The translations under genes and the position numbers were made by a program. The notes under the pieces were generated by a model. The model had not been told where the DNA came from. It did not search any database and was given only the letters and a program-made list of their open reading frames with translations. This document shows, one piece after another, positions 17,562 to 27,126 of a stretch of DNA of 49,440 nt. The stretch lies in IMG/VR virus record IMGVR_UViG_3300045988_127364, positions 1-49,440 of that record. The stretch is one strand, 5' to 3'. The DNA comes from a virus. How positions within the stretch are numbered: the stretch's first letter is position 1; the number at the start of each line of letters is the position of its first letter.

Positions 17562-17860
17562 TCGCAGCGCTCCTTAAGCTCGGCGAAGTGGTTCTTTAGA
17601 AGATTGCGGAACTTGTCGTTTTCGACAATTGCCTCAAGAGCTTTAAAAAGCTCGTCGATGTCCTTTTCCTCGGTCGGGTTGTTCAGGTGGTACTGATCGG
17701 GGAACAGGGTTTTCCCGTCAACAGTAGTTGCGGACCACAATCCGACACGCGATACGTAGAAGAATCCAGTAAGCCCGACCACGGTTCCGTCATCGTCGTA
17801 AAGATTCCACGTGTCCAGCGGGATATAGTTCCCGTCTTTGTCTTTCAGCGGTTGAATCAT
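17558..17860 (-). CDS. hypothetical protein
   Basis: 100-aa ORF. Confidence 0.4.
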   Translation of the reverse strand: MIQPLKDKDGNYIPLDTWNLYDDDGTVVGLTGFFYVSRVGLWSATTVDGKTLFPDQYHLNNPTEEKDIDELFKALEAIVENDKFRNLLKNHFAELKERCE

Positions 17861-18105
17861 CGTCCTGACACCTCATTCAGAAACTGTCCAGTGATAAGGC
17901 GGTGCAGCCAGTCGGCGCACTTATAAAGGTCCTCGTCGTAGTCGTCCTTGAGTCCAGCGCGGTCGAAGTACTTGAGCGCGTGGGCCACGTCCGAGATATA
18001 GGCGCCGCCGACCATGTCGCTCTTGCCGAGCAGTTCGGTGACGGCCTCAATCTTGTCGGCAGTCTCGATGCTGCCATGCTTGTAATGCACTGCGTACTCG
18101 CTCAT
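17857..18105 (-). CDS. hypothetical protein
   Basis: 82-aa ORF. Confidence 0.4.
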   Translation of the reverse strand: MSEYAVHYKHGSIETADKIEAVTELLGKSDMVGGAYISDVAHALKYFDRAGLKDDYDEDLYKCADWLHRLITGQFLNEVSGR

Positions 18106-18281
18106 TCGGCCGCCCCCAATGCCGCCGAAACCTCGTTCTGGACCTCCTTGAGGAGCTTGCAGACCATGGCCCCCGAGTACTTGCTGGTCGACTTGGTGCT
18201 CAGGAACTCGATGGTCTTGGTCAGCTTGCAGACCAGGTCGCAGAGCACCTGCGTCCTAGAACGGCTATCGGTCATTTCCAT
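18102..18281 (-). CDS. hypothetical protein
   Basis: Internal ATG; about 60 aa. Confidence 0.3.
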   Translation of the reverse strand: MEMTDSRSRTQVLCDLVCKLTKTIEFLSTKSTSKYSGAMVCKLLKEVQNEVSAALGAAE

Positions 18282-18673
18282 TCCTCCCTTACGTTGCGTA
18301 TCCTTAAGTACGAATCGACTTTCGCGTTCTTGGAGACGTAGCCCGCCCTGGTGCCGACTCCGTTGCGGCACCTGCTGGACGTGTGAATCCTTCGCCTGCC
18401 CTCGTCCCTGCACTCCTGCGAGCAGTAGACGGCGTTCTTCGCTGAGCCGCCGAAAGCCTTGCCGCAAATCTTGCAGGTGCAGGCGTAGCGGCGTCCGTCC
18501 TCCTCGTAGCTGAAATAGTGGCCGCCGACCATGCTCCCGTCTCGGCAGGCTGCGCTGATGGAGGACTTAGCGGCTGCAACCGACACGGCTGCGGCAGTTA
18601 CGCTTACGTAGCGCTTGCCGTCATCGCGCAATACGGCGTGCCATTTGCCAGCTGGCTTCTTCTTGTCCGTCAT
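18272..18673 (-). CDS. Cys-rich zinc-finger protein
   Basis: 133 aa with CTCKICG...CSQEC. Confidence 0.45.
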   Translation of the reverse strand: MTDKKKPAGKWHAVLRDDGKRYVSVTAAAVSVAAAKSSISAACRDGSMVGGHYFSYEEDGRRYACTCKICGKAFGGSAKNAVYCSQECRDEGRRRIHTSSRCRNGVGTRAGYVSKNAKVDSYLRIRNVREEWK

Positions 18674-19302
18674 TTGTTGAGCCTCGCGATGCAGACGTAA
18701 CCGTTGTCCCGATATACGCGGATAATGTCGGAGAGCCCGTTTGTCCTGATGTAACTTTCGATGCAGGACTGCACGTTGTTTGATGCCTTGCGGCCAACGC
18801 GGTAGTCGGTGCTACTCGTCGTGTACTTGTGCTTGATGACTGATAGTCCGCTGTCGATAAACGCGTCGATTAGAGGCTTGTACCTGCTGTTGCCGGGGCC
18901 GGGGCGCTTTCCGGCGTAGGCTTTCTCTGGCCACAGGGACTCGTCGAAGGCCTGCTTGAAGGCCACGGACTCGGCTGCGTCATGCGACTCCTCGATAGCC
19001 GCGTCAACGAGGCAGTCGATGCGGGTGTCGCAGAACAGCTGAGCGATGGTGCGCACCGAAACGCGCGTGGTGAACGTCGGCATCGTGCGGTACGACTCCT
19101 GCGGCACGACGGCTGTGATCAAATCCTTTACGGTGGCTCCCATGTCGCGTGCGACCTTTTTGCAGATAGCCCACGACACTCCGAGGTTGATGTCGTACTC
19201 GTCTCCGGCTCTGCACTTGGTGACGGCCTTGGTGCCGTCCTCGAAAAAGACGATGGTTGCAGGTCCGCTGAACTTCACGGACTTGACCTTGATGTTATTC
19301 AT
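18670..19302 (-). CDS. hypothetical protein
   Basis: 211 aa from an ATG with GGAGA RBS; its N-terminal domain is paralogous to the C-terminus of the 26668-27084 gene. Confidence 0.5.
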   Translation of the reverse strand: MNNIKVKSVKFSGPATIVFFEDGTKAVTKCRAGDEYDINLGVSWAICKKVARDMGATVKDLITAVVPQESYRTMPTFTTRVSVRTIAQLFCDTRIDCLVDAAIEESHDAAESVAFKQAFDESLWPEKAYAGKRPGPGNSRYKPLIDAFIDSGLSVIKHKYTTSSTDYRVGRKASNNVQSCIESYIRTNGLSDIIRVYRDNGYVCIARLNK

Positions 19303-19349
19303 TTGTTCTCCAATGGTGGAGCCGCCGGGAATCCGACGGCTCTGCTGCT

Positions 19350-20747
19350 CTATAGCCTGTCGACCGCCTCGATGCGCTCTCCCAGCCAGCGCATGACCGG
19401 AACAGCCATGCTGTTGCCGCACGCCTTGTAGCGCAGTGAGTCTGGGCACTCCTCGGCAGGCTTTCCCTTCCACGGGATTCTGGTGTGGTTGTCCGGGAAA
19501 CCCTGCAGCCGCTCGCACTCCAGCGGAGTCAGGCGGCGAACTACCGAGTTGATGCCGCTTTCTGCGGTCGTATTATCATTGATGTTGTGATAACCTGCGA
19601 TCGGCTCCGATTCGTCGGCGCCGCTGCCGTTCGCCGCTCCTTGGTGGTTCTTGAAAGCGACGACTGGCGGGTCTTTGCGGGTGTGGGCGCTGATCGTTCC
19701 AGCGATTTCATCGTCCACGCTCGTGTTCTTCTGCGTGTCAGTCATGCACACCAGGCTCTGGTTGTTTACCGTGCTGAGGGTGCCGCTGATTTCGTCCTGA
19801 ATCAAAGGTCCTTTGCCCCCCCCCTGGTTTGCCTGCCCTGTCTCGGATAAGCCAGCTGTGCATGTCTCACTCTCCTCGTACATAACCGCAGGATTGTGGT
19901 AGTCGGCAGTGAGTGTCGGTGACTGCTCCACAGCGGCTCCGATGCCGCCTGCCTTTGAGCATTGGTGGTACTTGAACGCCACCGCAGGACGGTCAATCGT
20001 CGTCAGGGTGTACATAGGCTCCCCAGGTTCTTGGAACCCCCACCCATTGCCGCCGTTCTCGGGCTTGCTCCCGATGATGTTTCCGGCGATCGAGAAGGTG
20101 TCATGCTGGCTATCGGGGTTTAGGCGTCCTGTTCCGCTACCTTGCGCAACGCTGCGTCCAGAAGCGGCGGCAACGGCTTTCCTCTTTTCTCGGCTCGATG
20201 GAGTATCCCAGCACATGCTTTCTGGCTCAAAGAGTACTTCGCAGGCGCGCGCGTCTCCAAGGTGTCCGACAAGAAAGAGACGTTCGCGCCTTTGGGCCAC
20301 GCCGAAGAACTGCGCGTCCAGTACTCGCCACGCCAAACCGTACCCGAGGGCATCCATTTCTCCGAGCAGCTGTCCGAAAGCCGCCCCCCCCTCACACGAG
20401 AGCGCTCCTTTGACGTTTTCCCACAGGAACCACCGAGGCATAAGCTCTTGAACACAACGTATGTACTCGAACATGAGTCCAGAAGCTCCCTTAAGACCTT
20501 CTCGCTTTCCTGCGATGGAGAAGGACTGGCAGGGACTTCCTCCGACCACAAGGTCAACTGCTCCATGAATCTCCTTTTTCCAATCTACTTTTGTGATGTC
20601 TCCGAGGTTCGGGACGTTCGGCCAGCGCTCGGCAAGTACAGCGCTCGGGAAGTCGTCTATCTCGCAGAACGCGAGCGGTTCCCATCCGAGCGGTTCCCAA
20701 GCGAGCGTCGCCGCCTCGACTCCCGAGAAGATGCTTACATATCGCAT
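19350..20747 (-). CDS. DNA (cytosine-5)-methyltransferase
   Basis: Motifs I (SIFSGVEAA), IV (GGSPCQSFSIAG), VI (FLWENVKG), VIII (QRRERLFLVG), IX (RRLTPLECERLQGFPD) and X (GNSMAVPV), with a large target-recognition domain between VIII and IX. Confidence 0.9.
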   Translation of the reverse strand: MRYVSIFSGVEAATLAWEPLGWEPLAFCEIDDFPSAVLAERWPNVPNLGDITKVDWKKEIHGAVDLVVGGSPCQSFSIAGKREGLKGASGLMFEYIRCVQELMPRWFLWENVKGALSCEGGAAFGQLLGEMDALGYGLAWRVLDAQFFGVAQRRERLFLVGHLGDARACEVLFEPESMCWDTPSSREKRKAVAAASGRSVAQGSGTGRLNPDSQHDTFSIAGNIIGSKPENGGNGWGFQEPGEPMYTLTTIDRPAVAFKYHQCSKAGGIGAAVEQSPTLTADYHNPAVMYEESETCTAGLSETGQANQGGGKGPLIQDEISGTLSTVNNQSLVCMTDTQKNTSVDDEIAGTISAHTRKDPPVVAFKNHQGAANGSGADESEPIAGYHNINDNTTAESGINSVVRRLTPLECERLQGFPDNHTRIPWKGKPAEECPDSLRYKACGNSMAVPVMRWLGERIEAVDRL

Positions 20748-20965
20748 TTGGCACCGGCCCAGAACATGCACGATCCATCGCATGGCGTGATGCTGTCGAT
20801 GATGCAGTCGATAAACTCTCCCGTTGAGAGCTGTTTGTTCTTGATGTTCAGCAGGTAGTTGTGCTGAGCAATGCGCTCGCACACGCCGTAGTATCCGCTG
20901 CTGAAATCGTCCCACTTGGCACAGCTTTGGCAGTCGCGCTTCATTTGAACCGACCTCCGATGCAA
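20735..20965 (-). CDS. hypothetical Cys-rich protein
   Basis: 76-aa ORF; start may be the internal ATG at 20944. Confidence 0.4.
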   Translation of the reverse strand: MHRRSVQMKRDCQSCAKWDDFSSGYYGVCERIAQHNYLLNIKNKQLSTGEFIDCIIDSITPCDGSCMFWAGAKCDM

Positions 20966-21042
20966 CCGATAACGGCAATCAAGATGAACAACACGACTAC
21001 GGGGGTGGCATATGCCGTTTCACGTTTACATGGAGCGGTCAT
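20941..21042 (-). CDS. small hydrophobic peptide (33 aa)
   Basis: GAGGGGGTGG RBS; ATGA overlap with the downstream gene. Confidence 0.25.
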   Translation of the reverse strand: MTAPCKRETAYATPVVVLFILIAVIGCIGGRFK

Positions 21043-22144
21043 GTCGCCACCCCCTCATGTTGGTCGCCTTGAGGTTCCAAATCGGCTTTAGGTGATGGAT
21101 GACCTCAACTGTCGGCTCGATAAGCCGCAATATCTCGTCGGCGCTCTTATATGCCTCAGGCGATTCGTCGAGCGTCGCTTCACAGGCGCTCGGGCAGTAG
21201 ATGCCAGCCTCTTTCATCTCTGATACAAACTTCTCGGTGTCCAAGTTGGCGCGTGCCTGCGCACGACTCATGACACGACCAGCGCCGTTGGGAGCGGACT
21301 CGTTCCAATCATTGTTGCCCTTACCGACGGCGATTACTGAGCCGTCGCGCATGTTGAACGGGATAAGGACCTTCTCGCCAGTGTGTGCGCTGATTGCGCC
21401 CTTGCGGATAACGTTGTCATCGGATATGTAGTTGTGCATCGTCTCGAATCGAGCGCTCAGGTCCAGCTTGATTCCAGTGCGTTCCTTAATCTGCTTGAGA
21501 ATGTGGAAACGGTTATCAGTAGCGTATCTCTGGCAGATACGCATGTCGTTGAGATATGCGCCTGCCGCAAAGCTCACGAGGTACTTGAGATCGCGAGGAA
21601 CATCTTCCTTGCACATTTCCTGCGCCATTGCCTGGTGATACTCGGCTACCTGTTTGCCCAGATTGCGAGAACCGGTGTGCACCACAAGATATTGATACCC
21701 ATACTCGTCCTCGTCGAGTTCAACGAAGTGGTTGCCGCCGCCCAGCGTGCCCATGGAGCACTCAATCCGCTCGACCCCTTTGAGATAGGCGTCATTCACA
21801 ACACCGTAGTCATTCTCAAGGCTGCATTTCGGCTCGTTGTGAACGCTGAACCCAGTTGGTACAGCTTTCTTCACGTCGCGGTTGAATTGAATCAAATCGT
21901 AGCGGTCGATACGCTCGTCGAGAGGGGCGCAGAGCATACCGCAACCGATGTCGACTCCGACCAGATTCGGAATAACCTTGTCGCCAAGGTTCGCTGTGAA
22001 CCCGATCACGCAACCCTTTCCGGCGTGGGCGTCGGGCATGATGCGAATCGTGGCACCCTCGAAAGCCGGACACGATGCAATCTCGTCAACCTGCTTCTTG
22101 GCGCTCTCCTCAAGATTCTCAGCGAAAATCTTTACATCTGCCAT
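21026..22144 (-). CDS. rtcB: RtcB-family RNA ligase
   Basis: IMPDAHAGKG, GGGNHFVEL, HTGSRNLG and MHNY motifs of the RtcB family. Confidence 0.9.
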   Translation of the reverse strand: MADVKIFAENLEESAKKQVDEIASCPAFEGATIRIMPDAHAGKGCVIGFTANLGDKVIPNLVGVDIGCGMLCAPLDERIDRYDLIQFNRDVKKAVPTGFSVHNEPKCSLENDYGVVNDAYLKGVERIECSMGTLGGGNHFVELDEDEYGYQYLVVHTGSRNLGKQVAEYHQAMAQEMCKEDVPRDLKYLVSFAAGAYLNDMRICQRYATDNRFHILKQIKERTGIKLDLSARFETMHNYISDDNVIRKGAISAHTGEKVLIPFNMRDGSVIAVGKGNNDWNESAPNGAGRVMSRAQARANLDTEKFVSEMKEAGIYCPSACEATLDESPEAYKSADEILRLIEPTVEVIHHLKPIWNLKATNMRGWRHDRSM

Positions 22145-22169
22145 TTAACCTCCTTCTTATATAAGTGCG

Positions 22170-22610
22170 TTACTCGACTCCCGTGCTGCCATATCCGTTT
22201 GAGCCACGGTCACTGTCGGACAGCTCGTCGACGCTCAGGAAATCGACGTCCTCGCACTTGATGATCACTATCTGGCAGACACGGTCGCCCGGATACACCG
22301 TGAAGGCCTTCTCGCCCAAGTTGAGCAGCTTGGCCTTGATGGGACCACGGTATCCCGAGTCGATGATGCCGACGCCGTTCGCCAGGCAGATGCCGTAGTT
22401 GCACCCGAGTCCAGAGCGCGGGGCCTGCAGGCCGAAGTAACCCTCGGGAATCTCCATGCTCACGCCGAGGTCAATCCAGGCGGACTCCCCGACCCCGATG
22501 GTCACGGGACGCGGGATGAAGGCCCGCATGTCGGCTCCGGCGTCGCCCTTGTGCTTTCGCTCGGGCGTGTGCCCGTACTCGGCGACTGTCTTAATCTCCA
22601 TCGGTTCCAT
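22170..22610 (-). CDS. dut: dUTP diphosphatase
   Basis: IIDSGYRG dUTPase motif; 146 aa. Confidence 0.9.
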   Translation of the reverse strand: MEPMEIKTVAEYGHTPERKHKGDAGADMRAFIPRPVTIGVGESAWIDLGVSMEIPEGYFGLQAPRSGLGCNYGICLANGVGIIDSGYRGPIKAKLLNLGEKAFTVYPGDRVCQIVIIKCEDVDFLSVDELSDSDRGSNGYGSTGVE

Positions 22611-22806
22611 CTCCTTCCAGCGGGTGCGAACGACCCGCCAACGGGTAGCTGGCCTTGAACCAGTCGCATTTGCAGGGACACTCGATGCACAGCCGGAAGT
22701 CCTCCCGGTCGAAATCCGAGTCGGTAACGACGGCGCCTGTCTTGCACTCGTTCAAAAGCCACCTCCTTCCAGAAGCGGGGCGACCAGTGAAGGCCACCCC
22801 GCACAC
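22591..22806 (-). CDS. hypothetical Cys-rich protein
   Basis: 71-aa ORF. Confidence 0.35.
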   Translation of the reverse strand: MCGVAFTGRPASGRRWLLNECKTGAVVTDSDFDREDFRLCIECPCKCDWFKASYPLAGRSHPLEGDGTDGD

Positions 22807-22809
22807 AAA

Positions 22810-23037
22810 TCAGTACTCGACGAAGCCGTTACAAGGCTCGTCGCTTTCCTCGATCGCGTTCTCCTGCACCCATGCGAGCACGTCCGCAGCGCCGATGCTC
22901 TGGCGCTCGTCGTACCACTGGGCGTACTTTCTCTTGCAGAAGCCGCAGCCGCTCTCGCCGATGAACGCGAACGACTCGCATTGTCCGCACTCGTAGTTGG
23001 GTCCGGCGTCGGGTGCGCCGTCGCGCTCAAGATTCAT
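22810..23037 (-). CDS. zinc-finger protein
   Basis: 76 aa from an ATG with AGGAGG RBS; CGQC..CGFC. Confidence 0.4.
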   Translation of the reverse strand: MNLERDGAPDAGPNYECGQCESFAFIGESGCGFCKRKYAQWYDERQSIGAADVLAWVQENAIEESDEPCNGFVEY

Positions 23038-23047
23038 CTGAATCCTC

Positions 23048-23545
23048 CTAGAACGGAATGTCCTCGTCATAGACCTCGGCAGCGGCAACAGGAGCCGCCT
23101 GACGGGGCGCTGCGGGGCGAACGGGAGCAGGAGTGGGAGTGCTGATAACGGCACCGCCCTGCTCGTCTCGGCGGCTCATGAACTCAATCTCGTCCACGAT
23201 GACCTCCAGCTTGGAACGGCGCTCGCCGTCCTTCTCCCAGCTGGAGTAGCGCAGCTTGCCCTCGATGGCGACCTTGCTGCCCTTGGCGATGTAGTTGGCA
23301 ATCTTCTCGGCGCGTGTGCCGAACATGGTGCAGTCGACGAAGTTGGGATAGTCCTCCCACTCACCTGTACTCGGATTCTTTCGCCTGTCGTTGACGGCGA
23401 TTCCGAAGTTGAGCACCTGCGAACCGCTCTGGGTGGCGCGAAGCTCGGGGTCGCGGGTCAGGTTGCCCGTGACGCAAACTCGGTTGATGGACACTATTTC
23501 TTCCTCTCGTTGAGCAGCTTCACGATCTTGTCGCGCTGGCGGCAA
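23048..23545 (-). CDS. ssb: single-stranded DNA-binding protein
   Basis: OB-fold SSB signature with acidic C-terminal tail DEDIPF. Confidence 0.9.
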   Translation of the reverse strand: MPPARQDREAAQREEEIVSINRVCVTGNLTRDPELRATQSGSQVLNFGIAVNDRRKNPSTGEWEDYPNFVDCTMFGTRAEKIANYIAKGSKVAIEGKLRYSSWEKDGERRSKLEVIVDEIEFMSRRDEQGGAVISTPTPAPVRPAAPRQAAPVAAAEVYDEDIPF

Positions 23546-23808
23546 CCGAGGCTACCGAGACGTCGCTTCTCGTCGATGCCAAGCTCCTCAAGAATCTGCT
23601 TGGACTTGGTCTTGCCGACGCCCGGCAGGGACTCGATGAAGTAGCGCAGGCGCATACGCTGAGCCTCCGGGGCATCGAGCACTTCAAGCGGCTCGACCTC
23701 AATCCACTTCATCTTGCGGCGAAGCTCGGCGAGCTGCTTGCGCGCCTCGGTCGCCTTTTTTAGCGCCAGCTTGCGCTCCTCCTCAGTAAGCTCGTGGTTG
23801 ATGGGCAT
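23494..23808 (-). CDS. helix-hairpin-helix DNA-binding protein
   Basis: LPGVGKTKSKQILEELG HhH-like segment. Confidence 0.4.
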   Translation of the reverse strand: MPINHELTEEERKLALKKATEARKQLAELRRKMKWIEVEPLEVLDAPEAQRMRLRYFIESLPGVGKTKSKQILEELGIDEKRRLGSLGCRQRDKIVKLLNERKK

Positions 23809-24647
23809 TACTCGGAAACCTCCTCGATAATCTCGCCAGTCTCGGCGTCAACGTTTGCGGGTACATCGGTCGGCTCGGGAGCCAGCGGGTCCTCGAAAAG
23901 GCGGTTGCCCTCCTCGTCGAGGACGATCGGGGTACTGTCATCATCGGTAACGGCCTTTGCGACCTCGACTGAGCGCGGCAGCAGGCCACGGTTGAAGGCT
24001 CGACGGATGACCGTCTTTTCTGCCATGGCGGCGTAGTCGGACGCCCACGGTCCGAACTTGCTGGCCTTGGAGCGATCCTTCACCTCGTCGACCTCCTTCT
24101 TGCTCATTTGCAGGAACACGAAGCCGCCGTCTTTCAAATGGCAGGACAGGTAGACTAGCTTGAGCTTCTTAGCGCTGTGGTCGGCATCGAGGTTGGGCTT
24201 GAAGCTGAAATGAACGCCAGTCTCGTCCTCCCAGTACTCGAAGTCGTCGCCCTCGTAGACGCACTGCGTGCGCACGGTCTTGACTTGACCGGAGCGGCGA
24301 ACCAGTTCCAACATGCCGTTCTTGCCGAGGATGAACTGGGCCTCCTTGCGGCCAGTATGGCGATTGTTGTACGGCAGGATGTAGGCGTTGCCCATGATGT
24401 CGTTCGGCTCAAGTCCGATTTCAGCGCACTTGAGGCAGCAGCTGAGCATACTCTGTACCGAGCATTCCTTTAAGTCTGGAATCTGCTTGTATGTCGCGAT
24501 CGCCAGCTGGGTCAGGCGCTCGGGCGTGAAGCCCTTCGGCATGACCGCCTGCAGCTGCGGAGCGCAGCGCTTGATAAGTCCGGCGAAAGAGTTGTCCTGC
24601 TGCTGGGACTGCTTAATCTCCTGTTTCGCCTGCGTGATAGCTCCCAA
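23808..24647 (-). CDS. recT: RecT-family single-strand annealing protein
   Basis: 279-aa ORF immediately upstream of the YqaJ-type exonuclease, the canonical RecT/Exo pairing; the family call rests on that gene order and size. Confidence 0.8.
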   Translation of the reverse strand: MGAITQAKQEIKQSQQQDNSFAGLIKRCAPQLQAVMPKGFTPERLTQLAIATYKQIPDLKECSVQSMLSCCLKCAEIGLEPNDIMGNAYILPYNNRHTGRKEAQFILGKNGMLELVRRSGQVKTVRTQCVYEGDDFEYWEDETGVHFSFKPNLDADHSAKKLKLVYLSCHLKDGGFVFLQMSKKEVDEVKDRSKASKFGPWASDYAAMAEKTVIRRAFNRGLLPRSVEVAKAVTDDDSTPIVLDEEGNRLFEDPLAPEPTDVPANVDAETGEIIEEVSE

Positions 24648-24649
24648 AG

Positions 24650-25567
24650 TTATTCCTTCTCTTTCTTAGCGGCGGCGAACCTGATGCCGCCGTTCGTGTC
24701 TTGACCGTTCTTCTTGTAGCGCGACCAGGTGAACCTGCCGTCAGGAGTGACAATGCCTCGGTTGTCACCGATAAGCTGGCACAGCCTGTTGACGGCGCCT
24801 TGGTATTCCTTGACCGCCTTGTCTCGGGACTCCTTGGCATTCAGCCAGTCGGCGGCCTCCTTCGGAGTCTTGTCCATGTCGACAAGCTCGCCGGGTGTCC
24901 GGTGCTTTGCGAGGAGAGCCTTGATTTCAGCCCCGACCTCTCCGATCGGTGGCTCTACGTCGTCCTCTACCATCGACCAGAAGTCGTCGACCTCCTTGTT
25001 TACGGCCCGGACGTCGTCCTCGTCGCGCATGACGCGGAACTCCTTGTAAATCTGGCCGCCGATAAGAACGGCCACGTCCGCGAACTTGCGCCCAGTGACG
25101 CTCATGTAATGGGTAATCTGCGTGATGTAGTAGATGGGCACGCCCTCGTCCCAGTCGTGCTCCCTGTAGAGCGACGCGGTCTTGATTTCCAAGATGCCCC
25201 ATCCGAGTTCGGGGTCCTTGACCTCGTAGTCTAGGGACGCTTGTGCATGGGGTCGCTCGATGCTCTGGCAGACGGCGTTGACTCGTCTGACAATGCGGTC
25301 CGGGTGCTGACTGGCGTAATGACCACCCACGATGGGTTCGAGGATGTTTCCCCATTCAACAGCCTCATTGTCCGAGAGGTCTGCTGGCGGGATGTACCCG
25401 AGCTTTTCTGCCCAGACCTCGTATGGCCCGCGATAATGAGAGAGTCCCATAATGGCAGCGACATCCGAACCTCCGATTCCCTTGCGGCGCTGAGCCAACC
25501 ACGCGTCGTTGTCACCATCTGGAGTCCTGATTAGCGTGAAGTACTTGTTCTCGCCTACTATCGGCAT
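24650..25567 (-). CDS. YqaJ-type viral recombinase exonuclease
   Basis: N-terminal GIGGSDVAAIMGLSHYRGPYEVW; paired with RecT. Confidence 0.85.
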   Translation of the reverse strand: MPIVGENKYFTLIRTPDGDNDAWLAQRRKGIGGSDVAAIMGLSHYRGPYEVWAEKLGYIPPADLSDNEAVEWGNILEPIVGGHYASQHPDRIVRRVNAVCQSIERPHAQASLDYEVKDPELGWGILEIKTASLYREHDWDEGVPIYYITQITHYMSVTGRKFADVAVLIGGQIYKEFRVMRDEDDVRAVNKEVDDFWSMVEDDVEPPIGEVGAEIKALLAKHRTPGELVDMDKTPKEAADWLNAKESRDKAVKEYQGAVNRLCQLIGDNRGIVTPDGRFTWSRYKKNGQDTNGGIRFAAAKKEKE

Positions 25568-26022
25568 GGGTTCACCTCCGCGACCTCGTCCATGTTCATC
25601 AGTCCGAGCGGGATGATGGTGATGACCATGCGGTCGTTCTCAAGGCCCCTCATACGAGGCCACTTGCTTATGTCTGCCTTAACGACTTGGCAATCGTCCT
25701 TCCAAGCCAGGCCGTTGAGTGCATCGGAAACCAGCTTTCCGATGTTGTCCCAATCGGGCTTGAAGGTATCCTCCTCGCAGAGAACCTTCTTCGGGCGCGA
25801 CTTGGGGAGGGCACGGTACGCCTCGACCAGCAGGATGAAAGGCTCGCGCCCGGTCTGGTGCTCTGCCGGGAGGACGTTGCCCTCCTTGGCGATTACATCC
25901 AGATAGGCGGCGCGGATTGCCTGCTCGTCGTCGTGAGTCCGCTTGGTCGTGTAGGTTCGGCCTGTGCCAGTGAAGCGCGGCCTGTCCTTGCCCCGGACGA
26001 AATCGACTCGGAACGTCGTCAT
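25558..26022 (-). CDS. rusA: RusA-family Holliday-junction resolvase
   Basis: GKDRPRFTGTGRTYTTKRTHDDEQ RusA-like N-terminus. Confidence 0.75.
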   Translation of the reverse strand: MTTFRVDFVRGKDRPRFTGTGRTYTTKRTHDDEQAIRAAYLDVIAKEGNVLPAEHQTGREPFILLVEAYRALPKSRPKKVLCEEDTFKPDWDNIGKLVSDALNGLAWKDDCQVVKADISKWPRMRGLENDRMVITIIPLGLMNMDEVAEVNPCR

Positions 26023-26369
26023 AGCAGCGCTCCGATGTCCTTGAGATAGCGGTCAAGCTCGTAGACACTGATGCGTGCGCCGCGCTCGCCGTCAGGCTCG
26101 ATGAAGTCGATAAGGCCCTTCTCGCGGTCGCGCCGGAGCCTGTCCTTCCCGAGTCCGGTGAACTTGCCGCACTCGGCTACCGTGTAGGTAATCCTCGCAG
26201 GCAACCCGGCCGCCATTGCGATCGACAGAGTCGACTGCTGCGGATGCTCCGCTTTTGTCACGTCCTCGATGAACGCCTTGGTGGCGATGTTGATGACGCG
26301 GATAAGTTCCTTCGCGCTGTCGGACGCCAAGCCTTCATCATGCTGACTCTGCAAATCTGCTACACTCAT
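26019..26369 (-). CDS. HTH DNA-binding protein (excisionase/AlpA-like fold)
   Basis: ITYTVAECGKFTGLGKDRLRR...ISVYELDRYL. Confidence 0.4.
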   Translation of the reverse strand: MSVADLQSQHDEGLASDSAKELIRVINIATKAFIEDVTKAEHPQQSTLSIAMAAGLPARITYTVAECGKFTGLGKDRLRRDREKGLIDFIEPDGERGARISVYELDRYLKDIGALL

Positions 26370-26430
26370 GCCGACCTCCTTTCAGGTCAAAGCCCCCGCG
26401 CGGTGGAATGTGGCAGGGGCTTTTTTCGTG

Positions 26431-26664
26431 CTATTCGGTTGTGTAGTAGTCTGAATAAATATTGGTCAAACAGAGTCCGAGCGCTGCGTTCATCATGTCC
26501 TGCATGTTGTCCATTGGCTTCACCTTTGCGAGACATTCGAGTAAGGCGCCTTTTTGCTCAGGCTCGATTTTGACATAGAAGCAAATCGGGCTTTTTTCCA
26601 CTACTGACTTGTTTATCTTGACCTCAGACAGCCACTGCTCGTATGCAGCTTGGGAATCTTCCAC
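26431..26664 (-). CDS. hypothetical protein
   Basis: 77-aa ORF (GTG start in the track). Confidence 0.35.
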   Translation of the reverse strand: MEDSQAAYEQWLSEVKINKSVVEKSPICFYVKIEPEQKGALLECLAKVKPMDNMQDMMNAALGLCLTNIYSDYYTTE

Positions 26665-26667
26665 CAG

Positions 26668-27084
26668 CTACTCCTCGACGAAGCGCTTGATGATGTTGTT
26701 GAAGCTACCCTTGTTGCCGTAGACCTTCTTGGCGCTAGCTGCGAGCAAGCCCTTCTCTTTGTCGAACTTCTCGCGCTGGCACTTAAAGACGGTCTTGGTG
26801 CCGTCCTTCCAGTAGACGATCGTTGCCGGGTAATGGAAGATGACGCGGTCGATTGCGGGGACTGCGCGCCGCGTGCCCCAGTCAAGCGTGCCAATGCATT
26901 TGGGTTCACCAAGAGTACGCGTGAACATGTCATTCTTAATCGCGTTCAGAACGACGCGCTTGATGGAATCGCTCGAGTTTGACTTGCCGAGTGCATAGGC
27001 CTCGTAGCCATTGATTTCGAGCATGACCTCGGCGCTGGTATCGCCCATGTGGCTAGTAACAAGCATTTTGCCAACATTGACCAT
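26668..27084 (-). CDS. hypothetical protein
   Basis: 138 aa; C-terminal PATIVYWKDGTKTVFKC domain is paralogous to the 18670-19302 gene; first gene downstream of the tRNA array. Confidence 0.45.
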   Translation of the reverse strand: MVNVGKMLVTSHMGDTSAEVMLEINGYEAYALGKSNSSDSIKRVVLNAIKNDMFTRTLGEPKCIGTLDWGTRRAVPAIDRVIFHYPATIVYWKDGTKTVFKCQREKFDKEKGLLAASAKKVYGNKGSFNNIIKRFVEE

Positions 27085-27126
27085 CAGTTACCTCCTTCTT
27101 AGGTATTTGGTTTTGAGAAAAGTGGG

